A stretch of 64,000 bases of DNA, from assembly GCA_964409845.1 (NCBI GenBank), contig CAYPEW010000016.1, forward strand, positions 383 to 64,382. The letters are read 5' to 3'. Positions within the stretch are counted from its first letter, which is position 1; each line of letters begins with the position of its first letter. Source of the DNA: an uncultured Jutongia sp. (GTDB lineage Bacteria; Bacillota; Clostridia; Lachnospirales; Lachnospiraceae). The position numbers were made by a program, and so were the translations under genes. Positions 48,899-61,403 of this stretch are shown piece by piece. The notes beneath the pieces were generated by a model. It saw only the letters and a list, made by a program, of their open reading frames with translations, ran no database searches and was not told where the DNA came from.

Positions 48899-49768
48899 AT
48901 GAACAATTTTAATAATTTAGAGAGAAGCTGGCGCGCATATGGTGGCTTGGCGTGCAGAAAAGACGGAGTACTCTATCAGGGGGTACCGTATTTGATGAAA
49001 TATCCTGCCAATCTGAAGAGTAGGGATTTAAAAGGGGTTAATCTCAGTTATGCAAATGATACTGTCAACGAATATCTGGGAAGTCATATTTTTAGTGCAC
49101 TTGGAATGGAGTCCCAGGAAACCTTTTTAGGCATTGCATCGGACAAGATTGTGGTTTTATGCAAAGATTTTGCAGTGGATGGGGAACTGATTGAATTTAA
49201 TAAAATAAAAACCACATCCTCTAGAGATCTGCCAGACCCAGAAGATGGTGATAGTACAGATGGCAAGGGTTCTAATGTAAAAAACACATTAAAGGTTATT
49301 AGAAATAGTATGTTTTTTGAAGGTTTGCCGGCAGAGGAATTTTTTTGGAAAATGTTTGTTATTGATTTTCTGATTGATAATTCAGACAGGAATAACGGTA
49401 ATTGGGGGGTATTGCGCAAGGGCAATGTTCGGACTATGGCACCAATATATGATTGTGGCAACTGCCTTGAAAGTAAGTGGGATGATAGCAAATGTGAAAA
49501 GGCAATGCAGCAGACAGACTTGTTAGAGGATGTTGTATGGAGAAGAAAGGTCTCTTTTTTTACGGATGACAGTGGGAAAAGAATTAATCCCCTGCGGTTG
49601 ATTCAATCAGAGGAATTTCCGATTTGTACGATGGTGTTGCAAGATATCTTATCAAAGGATTATGGGGCTGTATTTGAATTAATTAATAGTTGTGAATATC
49701 TGTCAGAAATCAAAAAAGAGTTTTATTGCAGTACCTTTGAATTAAGATGGAAGAAGCTGCAGGGATAG
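48899..49768 (+). CDS. HipA C-terminal / CtkA-like kinase
   Basis: YLMKYP, NEYLGSHIF, DFLIDNSDRNNGNWG, APIYDCG. Confidence 0.8.
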   Translation: MNNFNNLERSWRAYGGLACRKDGVLYQGVPYLMKYPANLKSRDLKGVNLSYANDTVNEYLGSHIFSALGMESQETFLGIASDKIVVLCKDFAVDGELIEFNKIKTTSSRDLPDPEDGDSTDGKGSNVKNTLKVIRNSMFFEGLPAEEFFWKMFVIDFLIDNSDRNNGNWGVLRKGNVRTMAPIYDCGNCLESKWDDSKCEKAMQQTDLLEDVVWRRKVSFFTDDSGKRINPLRLIQSEEFPICTMVLQDILSKDYGAVFELINSCEYLSEIKKEFYCSTFELRWKKLQG

Positions 49769-49810
49769 AAAACTTTCCGAGAAAGTTTCTCTGATGTGTT
49801 ATTGAAAATA

Positions 49811-49857
49811 AAAAAAGCAATGATAAAAATTAAATGCATTTTTATCATTGCTTTTTT
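49811..49857. terminator. bidirectional terminator
   Basis: AAAAAAGCAATGATAAAAAT/ATTTTTATCATTGCTTTTTT between convergent genes. Confidence 0.8.
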
Positions 49858-49880
49858 GTATCGTTACATTTTCTGATGCA

Positions 49881-52160
49881 CTATTTCTGTTCATTAATCT
49901 TCCGGATTGCATCCTGAATATCCTCATATGTCAATTCCTCTCCACTAAAGGATAGGATAGAATGCAGAGGAGTATCGGCAAACATAGTTGCCATCATTTC
50001 ATCGACACCGGCGCCCAGCGAATCGTCATTGACCCTGTCCTCGCTGGTAAAGCCGCTGACATCCCGAATATGATCCAGCACAGAAGGATCTTTTGCAAAT
50101 AATTCCACATCTGCCCAGGTGGTAGTATCCCCTGCCACAAATGGAATTTGCTTCTTACTGGTAATCTGTATACTCTGTTTTAAGCGGATATCCCGTGAGC
50201 TGGCACTGATCAGAATCTCGTATTCACCGTCTTCTGCGTACCAATCATGAATACCTGTATGATAATAGGAAAATGCCCTGCCGTTTAATTCCATAGTTAT
50301 CGTTTTGCTTTCGCCTGGCTCCAAAAAGACCTTTGCAAAATTCCGCAATTCTTTCTCTGGACGAATTTCTTCCCCAATTGGATTATAAACATAAAGCTGT
50401 ATGATTTCGGCTCCGGCTCTCTGTCCGATATTGCGGACATCCACAGATACGGTGATGGTGTCGGCATCTGTAGCTTCCTGTTTGCTAAGTCGCAAATTAT
50501 CATAGGCAAAGTCGGTATAGCTCAGACCATACCCAAATGGGAACAAAACATCCATGTTTTTCTTATCATAATAGCGGTATCCAATGAAAATACCCTCCTG
50601 GTATTTTACCTGATAACGGGTGCCTGGGAAATTCAAATAAGATGGGTTATCTTCCAGACGTAATGGGAAAGTTTCTGCCAGTTTACCACTTGGATTGCTT
50701 CTGCCGTAGAGCAAATTTACTGCGGCACCGCCGCTTGCCTGTCCGGATAGATACATGTTCAGTACAGCACTGACCTGATCCAGCCATGGCATTACCACCG
50801 GAGATCCACTGTGCAATACAACTACTGTATTTGGCTGTACTTCACAGACTTTCTGAATGAGTTCATTTTGGCAGTTTGGCATATTCAAATGTTTCCGGTC
50901 AAAGCCTTCACTTTCAAACGCATCCGGCAATCCGGCAAAGATCACAGCAACCTCCGCGTCACGGGCGATTTGGATAGCTTCCTGTAGGAGTTTTGACTCG
51001 GTTTCGTCTACATCTGTCCGGAATCCCTGGGCATAAGTAGTTTCCGTGATGCCATCCTTTGCAATGGCGTCCAGTGCGCTTTCCACACGGTAACAATTGA
51101 TATGGCTGGAACCGCCGCCTTGTATCCTGGCTGTCTGGGCGAACTCGCCAATGATGGCGACTTTTTGTCCGTTCCGTAACGGCAGGATGCCGTCGTTTTT
51201 GAGAAGAACTGCGGATTGTTCTGCAGTTTCTCTTGCCAGTTTGTGATGGGCTTCTTTGTCATAATTAGTGTCCTGTTTATAGGACAGATACTGATTTACT
51301 AAAGTTAAAACCCGTGTGACGGCACGATCCAATACTTCCATAGACAGGGAACCATCCTGTACCGCAGCCACAATTTGCTTGTCGGTTTCCCCATGGCTGG
51401 AAGGCATTTCCAGATCCAGTCCCGCTTTCAGAGCAGTAACTCGGTCATTCATAGCACCCCAGTCTGTCATAACCAGACCCTGGAATCCCCACTCATCTCG
51501 CAGTACATCCTGTAATAACCATGGATTATCACTGGAATAAACCCCATTAATCCGGTTATAGCTGCACATTACCGTCCATGGTTGCGCTTTTTTAACTACG
51601 GTTTCAAAGGCACTCAGATAAATTTCCCGTAAAGTGCGCTCATCAATTTCAGCACTGACGCTCATACGGCGGTTTTCCTGATTATTAGCAGCGAAATGTT
51701 TCAGGCTGGTACCCACTCCATGACTCTGGACGCCATTGACAAAAGAAGCTGCCAGTTCCCCGGCAAGCAGAGGATCTTCGGAATAGTATTCAAAATTTCT
51801 GCCGCAAATTGGGGAACGTTTCATATTAATTCCTGGTCCCAGCAAAACAGCAAGATCTTCTGCCACACATTCTTCTCCCAGGGCGTCACCCACGGAATAC
51901 AGCAGGTCACGGTCAAAGGAACATGCCATAGCAGAGGCGGTGGGGAAGCAGATTGCCTCCACGCTTTCCCCCATCCCCAAGTGATCCGGGTGCATATCCT
52001 GTTTGCGCAGGCCATGAGGACCATCTGATACCATAGCAGAGGGAATGCCCAGGTGTTCCACCGCTTTCGTGTGCCAGAAATCTTGCCCGGAACAAAGCCC
52101 AGCTTTTTCTTCTAAGGAAAGGTCTTGTAATAACTTTGGAATATCTAATTGATGTGCCAT
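49881..52160 (-). CDS. GH3 beta-glucosidase
   Basis: SDGPHGLR, GRNFEYYSEDP, KHFAAN, VMTDWG nucleophile, Fn3-like C-terminus. Confidence 0.94.
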   Translation of the reverse strand: MAHQLDIPKLLQDLSLEEKAGLCSGQDFWHTKAVEHLGIPSAMVSDGPHGLRKQDMHPDHLGMGESVEAICFPTASAMACSFDRDLLYSVGDALGEECVAEDLAVLLGPGINMKRSPICGRNFEYYSEDPLLAGELAASFVNGVQSHGVGTSLKHFAANNQENRRMSVSAEIDERTLREIYLSAFETVVKKAQPWTVMCSYNRINGVYSSDNPWLLQDVLRDEWGFQGLVMTDWGAMNDRVTALKAGLDLEMPSSHGETDKQIVAAVQDGSLSMEVLDRAVTRVLTLVNQYLSYKQDTNYDKEAHHKLARETAEQSAVLLKNDGILPLRNGQKVAIIGEFAQTARIQGGGSSHINCYRVESALDAIAKDGITETTYAQGFRTDVDETESKLLQEAIQIARDAEVAVIFAGLPDAFESEGFDRKHLNMPNCQNELIQKVCEVQPNTVVVLHSGSPVVMPWLDQVSAVLNMYLSGQASGGAAVNLLYGRSNPSGKLAETFPLRLEDNPSYLNFPGTRYQVKYQEGIFIGYRYYDKKNMDVLFPFGYGLSYTDFAYDNLRLSKQEATDADTITVSVDVRNIGQRAGAEIIQLYVYNPIGEEIRPEKELRNFAKVFLEPGESKTITMELNGRAFSYYHTGIHDWYAEDGEYEILISASSRDIRLKQSIQITSKKQIPFVAGDTTTWADVELFAKDPSVLDHIRDVSGFTSEDRVNDDSLGAGVDEMMATMFADTPLHSILSFSGEELTYEDIQDAIRKINEQK

Positions 52161-52352
52161 ATTGTATCCTCCTTTCGGCTAATCATCATAATATATCGGT
52201 ATCTGCTTGTCTGTATAGGACAGTTTTTCTTGCGGATGCAGTGAAATAGGCAGTCGAATAGATCAGCAGCAAAAAATAATCACAGTATCAGCGTTCAATA
52301 GTATTATTTGGAAAAATACTGGAAAAAATCCCCATAAAAAGAAAAAGGGTGC

Positions 52353-52381
52353 TTGACATCCCCGTGATTTGGTGGTAAGAT
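52353..52381 (+). promoter_or_regulatory. sigma-A promoter of rpoB
   Basis: TTGACA-17 nt-TAAGAT with TG extension, about 200 nt upstream of the start. Confidence 0.75.
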
Positions 52382-52580
52382 GAACAATGCACTATTGTGG
52401 CTGACTAGACTATTTAACTGTACTACTATAGTATAGCATAGTTCGACAGAAAAGAAAAGACTTTTTATTTACTTTTTTCTGGGAAAGCAGTTCTTATAGA
52501 ACAGAAACCTCTTTCCTCTTTTCTTTCAAGATTTCAGCGGCTCTGTGCAAAATACTCTCAAAACAAGGAGTGGAAAATCG

Positions 52581-55500
52581 ATGGAGAAGAACAGGATACA
52601 TCCAGTAAAAGTTGGTAATGGTGTTAGGATGAGTTATGCCCGTCAGCAGGAAGTTCTGGAGATGCCCAATCTCATTGAGGTGCAGACGAATTCTTACCAG
52701 TGGTTCTTAGACGAAGGTCTCAAAGAAGTATTTCGGGATATCTCCCCGATTTCGGATTTTGGTGGCCACCTCAGTCTGGAATTTGTGGATTTTGAACTGT
52801 GCCGTGACGAGAAGAAATACGACATTGATCAGTGTCGGGAGCGGGATACTACCTATGCAGCACCGCTGAAAGTCCGTGTCAGACTTCATAACAAAGAAAC
52901 CGAGGAGATCAAGGAACATGAGATCTTCATGGGAGATTTGCCATTGATGACAGCAACAGGTACTTTCATTATTAATGGTGCTGAGCGTGTTATTGTTAGT
53001 CAGTTAGTCCGTTCCCCTGGTATTTATTATGAAATTGGACATGACAAGGTTGGTAAGGAGTTATTCTCAGCAACGGTAATTCCTAACCGTGGTGCATGGC
53101 TGGAGTATGAGACGGATTCCAATGATGTCTTCTCTGTTCGTGTCGATAGAAATAGAAAGGTGCCAATTACCGTATTTCTGCGTGCATTGGGACTGGGAAC
53201 TAACGATCAGATCAAGGAAGTATTTGGTGATGAGCCAAAGATCCTGTCCAGTATCGAGAAAGATACGACAGACAATTACAAAGATGGTCTGTTAGAATTA
53301 TATAAGAAACTTCGTCCAGGCGAACCATTATCAGTAGATAGTGCGGAGAACCTGTTAAACAGCATGTTCTTTGATCCGAAGAGATACGACCTGGCAAAGG
53401 TGGGACGTTATAAATTTAATAAGAAGTTACATTTTAGAAACCGTATTGCTGGTTGCCGTCTTGCAGAAGAAGTAACCAATCAGCTGACTGGAGAGATTTA
53501 TGAGGCAGGAACGCTGATTACGGAAGAACTGGCAACAGAGTTGCAGAATTCCGGTCTTGCTTATGTCATGGTTGAGTTAGAAGGTCATGTTACCAAGATT
53601 CTGTCAAATATGACAGTGGATATGCGGGAGTATATTCCGGGAGTGAATCCTCGTGAACTGGGTATCACAGAAGATGTGTACTATCCAGTATTAAAGGAGA
53701 TTTTGGAAGAGAACGAAGGAGACGAGGAAGCGATTCTAAATGCAGTACGTGCCAATGTACCACATCTGGTACCGAAGCATATTACCAAGGAAGATATTTT
53801 TGCTTCCGTTAATTATAATATGCATCTGGAATACGCCATTGGTAATAAGGATGATATCGATCATCTGGGTAACCGCCGTATTCGTGCAGTAGGCGAGTTA
53901 TTGCAGAATCAGTACCGTATTGGTTTATCCCGTATGGAGCGTGTGGTTCGCGAGAGAATGTCTACGCAGGATATTACTACTATTACAGCGCAGTCTCTGA
54001 TTAATATTAAACCGGTAACAGCAGCAGTCAAAGAGTTCTTTGGCAGTTCTCAGCTGTCCCAGTTTATGGATCAGAATAATCCGTTGTCTGAATTAACACA
54101 TAAGAGACGTTTATCCGCATTGGGACCGGGTGGTTTGTCCCGTGACCGTGCAGGATTTGAGGTTCGTGATGTACATTATACCCATTACGGACGTATGTGT
54201 CCGGTAGAGACCCCAGAAGGACCGAATATCGGTTTGATTAACTCACTGGCGTCCTATGCAAGGATTAATGAATACGGATTTATTGAGGCGCCATATCGCA
54301 AGTTAGATAAGTCAGATCCAGAGAACCCTCGTGTTACCAGTGAGGTGGTATATTTGTCTGCGGATGAAGAGGATCGTTATGTGGTTGCACAGGCTAATGA
54401 AGCCTTGGATGCAGAGGGACACTTTGAGCGTAAGAGTGTATCTGGACGTTTCCGGGAGGAGACATCGGAGTTTGAGAGATCCAAAGTAGATCTGATGGAC
54501 GTATCACCAAAGATGGTATTTTCGGTGGCAACTGCCATGATTCCGTTCCTGGAGAACGACGATGCGAACCGTGCGCTGATGGGATCCAACATGCAGCGTC
54601 AGGCAGTTCCATTGTTAGTGACGGAAGCTCCGGCAGTAGGAACTGGTATGGAAATGAAAGCAGCTGTGGATTCCGGCAACTGTGTAGTAGCAGAAGAAGA
54701 TGGTGTGGTAGAACGCTCTGCATCGGATGAAATTGTGGTTAAATCTACTTCTGGCACCAAACGATATAAACTGGCGAAGTTCCAGCGTAGTAACCAGGGA
54801 ACTAGCATGAACCATCGCCCGATGGTCGATAAGGGAGATACGGTAAAGGCAGGACAGGTTATTGCAGACGGTCCGTCTACCTGTGGCGGAGAGATCGCCT
54901 TAGGTAAGAACCCACTCATCGGTTTCATGACCTGGGAAGGTTATAACTACGAGGATGCGGTATTACTCAGTGAGAGACTGGTGCAGGAGGATATTTATAC
55001 TTCTGTACACATTAATGAATATGAAGCAGAAGCCAGAGACACCAAGCTGGGGGCAGAAGAAATTACCCGTGATGTGCCAGGTGTCGGTGATGATGCCTTA
55101 AAGGATCTGGATGAAAATGGTATCATCCGTATCGGTGCGGAGGTTCGTGCCGGAGATATCTTAGTCGGTAAGGTTACTCCAAAGGGAGAGACAGAGTTGA
55201 CTGCGGAGGAGCGGTTACTTCGTGCCATCTTTGGAGAAAAGGCAAGAGAAGTCCGTGATACTTCTTTGAAAGTGCCACATGGTGAGTTTGGTATTATTGT
55301 AGATGCTAAAGTATTTACCAGGGAAAATGGCGATGAACTTCCACCGGGAGTGAATCAGTCTGTGTGCATCTACATTGCCCAGAAACGTAAGATCCAGGTA
55401 GGTGACAAGATGGCAGGACGTCATGGAAACAAGGGTGTCGTTTCCCGTGTGTTGCCAGTGGAAGATATGCCATTCCTGCCAAACGGACGTCCTTTGGATA

Positions 55501-56465
55501 TCGTGTTAAATCCATTGGGTGTGCCATCCCGTATGAACATCGGACAGGTATTGGAGATCCATCTCAGTCTGGCAGCGAAGGTATTAGGCTTTAATGTAGG
55601 AACTCCGGTGTTTGATGGTGCTAACGAGTACGATATTATGGACACCTTGGAGCTGGCAAATGATTATGTCAATACTCCATTAAATAAAGCAGAACAGGAA
55701 GAGCAGATTGCACAGGCGCAGGCTGATGACGATGATGCGGAAGTAGAGCGCTTGAAAGATCTGGTACCGTTTGAAGACAAATATAAAGATATTTTAGATC
55801 CGGAAGTATTCAACTATTTGGTAGAGCATCAAGATTACCGTCAGGAGTGGGCGGGAGTGCCGATTAATCGTGACGGAAAAGTACGTCTGCGTGATGGACG
55901 TACCGGAGAATACTTTGATGGAAAAGTAACTGTAGGTTTCATGCATTACTTGAAACTCCATCATCTGGTAGACGACAAGATCCATGCACGTTCTACTGGT
56001 CCTTATTCCTTAGTAACGCAGCAGCCTCTGGGTGGTAAGGCGCAGTTCGGTGGTCAGCGTTTCGGTGAGATGGAGGTATGGGCACTGGAAGCATATGGTG
56101 CGGCTTATACCCTGCAGGAGATTCTGACCGTCAAGTCTGATGATGTGATTGGTCGTGTTAAGACATACGAAGCGATTATCAAGGGAGATAATATTTCCGA
56201 TCCTGGTATACCAGAATCCTTCAAGGTTATGCTCAAGGAGTTGCAGGCATTGGCACTGGATGTGACCGTGCTGGATGAGCAGGGCGAGGAAGTATACCTG
56301 GGCGAAGAAGTAGAGGAAAATGACAATAGCGAAGACATTACCCCATTGATTGATGGTAGTGCAGACTTTGCGTTTAGCAGTGGCGAATCCTTTGAAGCTG
56401 CCGGATTTACAGAAGGTACGGCAGAAGAATTGGAAGAGGCGTCATTTGCAGCCTTTGAAGATTAA
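52581..56465 (+). CDS. rpoB: DNA-directed RNA polymerase beta subunit
   Basis: [44 protein letters not shown]. Confidence 0.99.
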   Translation: MEKNRIHPVKVGNGVRMSYARQQEVLEMPNLIEVQTNSYQWFLDEGLKEVFRDISPISDFGGHLSLEFVDFELCRDEKKYDIDQCRERDTTYAAPLKVRVRLHNKETEEIKEHEIFMGDLPLMTATGTFIINGAERVIVSQLVRSPGIYYEIGHDKVGKELFSATVIPNRGAWLEYETDSNDVFSVRVDRNRKVPITVFLRALGLGTNDQIKEVFGDEPKILSSIEKDTTDNYKDGLLELYKKLRPGEPLSVDSAENLLNSMFFDPKRYDLAKVGRYKFNKKLHFRNRIAGCRLAEEVTNQLTGEIYEAGTLITEELATELQNSGLAYVMVELEGHVTKILSNMTVDMREYIPGVNPRELGITEDVYYPVLKEILEENEGDEEAILNAVRANVPHLVPKHITKEDIFASVNYNMHLEYAIGNKDDIDHLGNRRIRAVGELLQNQYRIGLSRMERVVRERMSTQDITTITAQSLINIKPVTAAVKEFFGSSQLSQFMDQNNPLSELTHKRRLSALGPGGLSRDRAGFEVRDVHYTHYGRMCPVETPEGPNIGLINSLASYARINEYGFIEAPYRKLDKSDPENPRVTSEVVYLSADEEDRYVVAQANEALDAEGHFERKSVSGRFREETSEFERSKVDLMDVSPKMVFSVATAMIPFLENDDANRALMGSNMQRQAVPLLVTEAPAVGTGMEMKAAVDSGNCVVAEEDGVVERSASDEIVVKSTSGTKRYKLAKFQRSNQGTSMNHRPMVDKGDTVKAGQVIADGPSTCGGEIALGKNPLIGFMTWEGYNYEDAVLLSERLVQEDIYTSVHINEYEAEARDTKLGAEEITRDVPGVGDDALKDLDENGIIRIGAEVRAGDILVGKVTPKGETELTAEERLLRAIFGEKAREVRDTSLKVPHGEFGIIVDAKVFTRENGDELPPGVNQSVCIYIAQKRKIQVGDKMAGRHGNKGVVSRVLPVEDMPFLPNGRPLDIVLNPLGVPSRMNIGQVLEIHLSLAAKVLGFNVGTPVFDGANEYDIMDTLELANDYVNTPLNKAEQEEQIAQAQADDDDAEVERLKDLVPFEDKYKDILDPEVFNYLVEHQDYRQEWAGVPINRDGKVRLRDGRTGEYFDGKVTVGFMHYLKLHHLVDDKIHARSTGPYSLVTQQPLGGKAQFGGQRFGEMEVWALEAYGAAYTLQEILTVKSDDVIGRVKTYEAIIKGDNISDPGIPESFKVMLKELQALALDVTVLDEQGEEVYLGEEVEENDNSEDITPLIDGSADFAFSSGESFEAAGFTEGTAEELEEASFAAFED

Positions 56466-56467
56466 AT

Positions 56468-56508
56468 GTGTGTAAGAAACTCTATAATCGACGATGCACA
56501 TGTGGGTG
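56468..56508 (+). repeat. dispersed intergenic repeat, copy 2 (partner at 7506-7546)
   Basis: 35 of 41 nt identical; here it forms the left arm and loop of a hairpin spanning about 56467-56534. Confidence 0.75.
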
Positions 56509-56702
56509 CATCGCCGAAGAGTATCTAACACACAAGAAGAACGCAATAGCAGCGTTCTTCCCATTATGTGCTTGTAGTATATAGGTGTTTTAGTGATATA
56601 ATACAGTAAGCTTGTGTCTGTACGTTGTAACAGATGCTATAAGGCTTACTGTGACACAAAGTGGCGTGTGCGTAATGAAGCAGCGCAGAAATGAGGACGA
56701 CT

Positions 56703-59700
56703 ATGGCAGAGAGTAATGTAAAGGAAGAAAAGCATATTATCTATGATGCGATCAAGATCGGTCTGGCATCTCCTGAGAAGATCAGAGAGTGGTCTCGTGG
56801 AGAGGTCAAGAAACCGGAGACCATCAATTATAGAACTTTAAAGCCGGAGAAGGACGGTCTCTTTTGTGAGAAAATCTTTGGACCAAGCAAAGACTGGGAA
56901 TGTCATTGTGGTAAGTATAAAAAAATCCGCTACAAGGGCGTAGTCTGCGACCGTTGTGGTGTGGAGGTTACCAAATCCAGTGTTCGTCGTGAACGCATGG
57001 GTCATATTGAGCTGGCAGCACCAGTGTCCCATATTTGGTACTTCAAGGGAATCCCTAGCCGTATGGGATTAATTCTGGATGTTTCTCCTAGAAATCTGGA
57101 AAAGGTGCTGTATTTTGCATCTTATATTGTATTAGAGGTGCAGGATGGAATTCCGTTGCAGCAGAAACAGATCTTGTCAGAGGCAGAATACCAGGAGGCT
57201 CGTGCTAATTACGGCAATGATTTCCGTGCTGGTATGGGTGCAGAGTCCATCATGGAATTGCTGATGAGCATTGATCTGGAAGAAGAATCTGCAGACTTAA
57301 AGGCAGAATTGCGGGAGTCTTCCGGACAGAAACGTACCCGTATCGTAAAACGTCTGGAAGTAATTGAAGCTTTCCGTGAGTCAGAGAACAAGCCAGAATG
57401 GATGATTCTGACAGTGATTCCTGTTATCCCTCCAGATATCCGTCCAATGGTACAGTTGGATGGTGGACGTTTTGCTACCTCGGATATGAATGATTTATAT
57501 CGTCGTATCATCAATAGAAATAACCGTTTGAAGAGACTGTTGGAGTTAGGTGCGCCGGATATTATTGTGCGTAACGAGAAACGTATGCTGCAGGAAGCAG
57601 TGGATGCATTGATTGATAATGGACGTCGTGGTCGTCCGGTAACCGGACCTGGAAACCGTCCACTCAAGTCTCTGTCTGATATGTTAAAAGGTAAGCAGGG
57701 ACGTTTCCGTCAGAACCTGTTAGGTAAGCGTGTGGATTATTCAGGACGTTCCGTTATCGTGGTAGGTCCGGAATTAAAGATTTATCAGTGTGGTCTGCCA
57801 AAAGAGATGGCGATTGAGTTATTTAAGCCATTCGTTATGAAAGAGCTGGTAGCCAACGGTACAGCTCATAATATTAAGCAGGCAAAGAAAATGGTTGAAA
57901 AATTACAGCCAGAAGTTTGGGATGTGTTAGAGGATGTTATTCGTGAGCATCCGGTTATGTTAAACCGTGCTCCTACCTTGCATAGATTAGGTATTCAGGC
58001 ATTTGAGCCAACACTGGTAGAAGGTAAAGCTATCAAACTGCATCCATTGGTATGTACAGCGTTCAACGCCGATTTCGATGGTGACCAGATGGCGGTACAT
58101 TTACCGTTGTCTGTAGAAGCTCAGGCAGAATGCCGTTTCCTGCTGTTATCGCCAAACAACTTATTAAAGCCGTCTGACGGTGGTGTGGTTGCGGTACCTT
58201 CGCAGGATATGGTATTGGGAATTTATTATCTGACACAGGAGAGACCGGGTTCTCTGGGTGAGGGCAAGTGTTTCAAGAGTGTCAACGAAGCGATTACTGC
58301 ATATGAAAACGGTGCATTGACATTACATGCAAAGATTAAGGTGCGCCGTACCGGTATCAATAAAGATGGTGTGGAGGAAAGCCGTATTATTGAATCCACG
58401 CTGGGTAGATTTATCTTTAATGAGATTTTGCCACAGGATATGGGATTTGTTGACCGTAGCAAGGATGAAAATTTCCTTGTACCGGAAGTCGACTTCCATG
58501 TAGGAAAGAAGCAGCTAAAACAGATTTTGGAAAAATGTATTGCTGCACATGGTGCCACTGGAACGGCTGAAACCATGGATAATGTTAAAGCATTGGGTTA
58601 CAAATATTCTACCCGTGCTGCCATGACCGTATCCATTTCCGATATGACAGTGCCAGAGGCAAAGAAGCAGATTCTGGATGATGCCCAGAATACGGTAGAA
58701 ACCATTACACGCAAATTCCGCCGTGGTTTACTGACGGAGGAGGAGCGTTATAAATCAGTCATTAATACATGGAATGAAGCAGATAAGCAGCTGACCACCG
58801 CCTTGATGGATGGTCTGGATCAGTATAACAACATCTTCATGATGGCGGATTCCGGTGCCCGTGGTTCTCAGGCGCAGATTAAGCAGTTAGCTGGTATGCG
58901 TGGTTTGATGGCAGATACTTCAGGTCGTACCATTGAGTTGCCGATCAAGTCCAACTTCCGTGAAGGACTGGATGTATTGGAGTACTTTATCTCCGCACAT
59001 GGTGCCCGTAAAGGTTTGTCCGATACGGCTCTTCGTACTGCCGATTCCGGTTATCTGACCCGTCGTCTGGTAGACGTATCACAGGAATTGGTTATTCGTG
59101 AGGTTGACTGTTGTGCAGACCGAGATGTCATTCCAGGCATGGAAGTAACTGGTCTGATGGATGGCAAGGAGTTGATCGAGTCTCTGGAGGAGCGTATTAC
59201 AGGGCGTTTCGCCTGTGACAATATCTATGATGATGAAGGTGTATTGATTGTCAAGAAGAATCATATGATTACACCGAAACGTGCCGCACGTATCGTAAAC
59301 ACCAAGGCGGTAATAGATGCAGGAGAAGCAGCTAAGGTCAAGATCCGTACAATTCTGACCTGTAAGTCACACATTGGTGTTTGTGCAAAATGTTATGGTG
59401 CTAACATGGCAACTGGTGAATCTGTACAGGTGGGTGAGTCTGTAGGTATCATTGCAGCACAGTCCATCGGGGAGCCAGGTACACAGCTGACCATGCGTAC
59501 TTTCCATACAGGTGGTGTGGCTGGTGACGATATCACACAGGGTCTTCCTCGTGTGGAGGAGTTATTCGAGGCACGTAAGCCAAAGGGACTGGCAATTATC
59601 GCAGAATTTGGCGGTACCGTATCTATTCGTGATACCAAGAAAAAACGTGAAGTAGTGATTACTAATGCAGAAACCGGAGAACAGAAAGCATATCTGATTC

Positions 59701-60383
59701 CATATGGTTCCCGTATCAAGGTATTGGAGGGACAGGAGTTAGGCAAAGGTGAAGCATTGACAGAAGGTAGCGTGAATCCACACGATATTCTGGAGATCAA
59801 GGGTGTACGTGATGTACAGGATTATATGATCCGTGAAGTTCAGAGAGTATACCGTCTGCAGGGTGTGGAGATTAATGATAAGCATATTGAGGTCATTGTT
59901 CGTCAGATGCTCAAGAAGATCCGGATTGAGGATAGCGGAGATTCTGCATTCCTGCCAGGAACCATGGTAGATGCCCTGCGTTTCGAGGATGAAGTAGAGC
60001 GTTTGACTGCGGAAGGAAAAGAGCCGCCGGAGGGAAGCCAGGTTATGTTAGGTATTACCAAGGCAGCGTTGGCAACAGATTCCTTCCTGTCAGCAGCATC
60101 TTTCCAGGAAACCACCAAGGTTCTCACCGATGCGGCAATCAAAGGAAAAGTAGATCCATTAGTTGGATTGAAAGAAAACGTCATCATTGGTAAGCTGATT
60201 CCTGCTGGAACTGGTATGAAGAGATACCGTTCGGTTAAGCTGGATTCTGATGAGGCTGCGGAGGCATATATGGAGCAGCAGAGAATGGCAGCAATGGGAA
60301 TTTATGAGGAAGAGGAGGAGCCGCCAGCTCCTGTTCAGGAAGTCGAAGAAGAGGAAGTTTATTTCACTTCTACCGAAGAATAG
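56703..60383 (+). CDS. rpoC: DNA-directed RNA polymerase beta' subunit
   Basis: NADFDGDQM active site, zinc-binding Cys motifs, [17 protein letters not shown]. Confidence 0.99.
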   Translation: MAESNVKEEKHIIYDAIKIGLASPEKIREWSRGEVKKPETINYRTLKPEKDGLFCEKIFGPSKDWECHCGKYKKIRYKGVVCDRCGVEVTKSSVRRERMGHIELAAPVSHIWYFKGIPSRMGLILDVSPRNLEKVLYFASYIVLEVQDGIPLQQKQILSEAEYQEARANYGNDFRAGMGAESIMELLMSIDLEEESADLKAELRESSGQKRTRIVKRLEVIEAFRESENKPEWMILTVIPVIPPDIRPMVQLDGGRFATSDMNDLYRRIINRNNRLKRLLELGAPDIIVRNEKRMLQEAVDALIDNGRRGRPVTGPGNRPLKSLSDMLKGKQGRFRQNLLGKRVDYSGRSVIVVGPELKIYQCGLPKEMAIELFKPFVMKELVANGTAHNIKQAKKMVEKLQPEVWDVLEDVIREHPVMLNRAPTLHRLGIQAFEPTLVEGKAIKLHPLVCTAFNADFDGDQMAVHLPLSVEAQAECRFLLLSPNNLLKPSDGGVVAVPSQDMVLGIYYLTQERPGSLGEGKCFKSVNEAITAYENGALTLHAKIKVRRTGINKDGVEESRIIESTLGRFIFNEILPQDMGFVDRSKDENFLVPEVDFHVGKKQLKQILEKCIAAHGATGTAETMDNVKALGYKYSTRAAMTVSISDMTVPEAKKQILDDAQNTVETITRKFRRGLLTEEERYKSVINTWNEADKQLTTALMDGLDQYNNIFMMADSGARGSQAQIKQLAGMRGLMADTSGRTIELPIKSNFREGLDVLEYFISAHGARKGLSDTALRTADSGYLTRRLVDVSQELVIREVDCCADRDVIPGMEVTGLMDGKELIESLEERITGRFACDNIYDDEGVLIVKKNHMITPKRAARIVNTKAVIDAGEAAKVKIRTILTCKSHIGVCAKCYGANMATGESVQVGESVGIIAAQSIGEPGTQLTMRTFHTGGVAGDDITQGLPRVEELFEARKPKGLAIIAEFGGTVSIRDTKKKREVVITNAETGEQKAYLIPYGSRIKVLEGQELGKGEALTEGSVNPHDILEIKGVRDVQDYMIREVQRVYRLQGVEINDKHIEVIVRQMLKKIRIEDSGDSAFLPGTMVDALRFEDEVERLTAEGKEPPEGSQVMLGITKAALATDSFLSAASFQETTKVLTDAAIKGKVDPLVGLKENVIIGKLIPAGTGMKRYRSVKLDSDEAAEAYMEQQRMAAMGIYEEEEEPPAPVQEVEEEEVYFTSTEE

Positions 60384-60402
60384 AATATTTGAGATACAAA
60401 GC

Positions 60403-60439
60403 AGGTGCAGTTACATTGATTTGTAATTGCACCTTTTTT
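60403..60439 (+). terminator. rho-independent terminator after rpoC
   Basis: AGGTGCAGTTACA/TGTAATTGCACCT stem plus T-run. Confidence 0.8.
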
Positions 60440-60689
60440 GCGCATAGCCAGCAAAGGGAAGTGTCACTTTGTGATGCTGGCTGGTGCAGCGAAATGAGCT
60501 TCGTATTTTGCTGTTGTTAATTCACAAGAGAGTGCGAAGCACACTTTGTTCTTGACAATAATGTTCTTATGTGGTATTTTGTTAATATCATAGTGATAAT
60601 AACAGATGGAAATTAAGTAGAGCAAGAGGGTGGATAAAAGATGGAAACTGGTAATCGTGCAATAGAATGACAAAAGGAGTTGATAAATC

Positions 60690-61403
60690 ATGAAAAGTAT
60701 TTTAAATGTGATAAAAAGAGAATTTACAGGCTGGAAAATGTGGCAGATTGTATGGATATTTCTAGCAAATGCTGTTATTTTAGGGGTTTCCTTATATCTG
60801 GGAGATACGGCACTTGGAATTTTGGCTTCCCTAACCGGGGTATCATGTGTGATCCTATGTGGAATGGGCAAGTTATCAAATTATATTTTTGGTACCATCA
60901 ATGTAGTATTGTATGCAATTGTCGCATGGAAAGCAAAATATTATGGAGATGTCATGCTGAATTTGCTTTACTATTTCCCAACAAATCTTCTTGGTTTTTT
61001 CGTATGGAGCAAACATATTAATCACGAAAACAATGAAGTTTATAAAAAACGGATGACATGGAAACAGGATACTGTGTTGGGAATTGTCAGTGTGGCCGGG
61101 GTGCTGGGATATAGCTACATATTGAAGAAAATGGGTGGCAATTTGCCTATCGTTGACAGTATGAGCACCGTTTTTTCTGTCATTGCACAGATATTAATGA
61201 TTAAGCGATTTGTGGAACAGTGGATTATCTGGATAATTGTTGATATTGTATCCGTCATTATGTGGATTGCAGCATTTTTTACGGGCGGGGAAAGTGTGGC
61301 GGTGCTAATGATGTGGTCCGTTTATCTTGCCAATGCTATTATCATGTTTGTGAAGTGGAGTAGGGAATCCAAAGAGGATGCTTCAAAGGAGGGAGAGTTA
61401 TGA
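60690..61403 (+). CDS. pnuC: nicotinamide riboside transporter PnuC
   Basis: Polytopic membrane protein, EQWIIWIIVD motif, coupled to a NadR-like gene. Confidence 0.88.
   Translation: MKSILNVIKREFTGWKMWQIVWIFLANAVILGVSLYLGDTALGILASLTGVSCVILCGMGKLSNYIFGTINVVLYAIVAWKAKYYGDVMLNLLYYFPTNLLGFFVWSKHINHENNEVYKKRMTWKQDTVLGIVSVAGVLGYSYILKKMGGNLPIVDSMSTVFSVIAQILMIKRFVEQWIIWIIVDIVSVIMWIAAFFTGGESVAVLMMWSVYLANAIIMFVKWSRESKEDASKEGEL

Noticed and set aside
55660..55870. Intein in RpoB
   Set aside because: The acidic insertion lacks intein terminal motifs and is short; it looks like a lineage-specific insertion.
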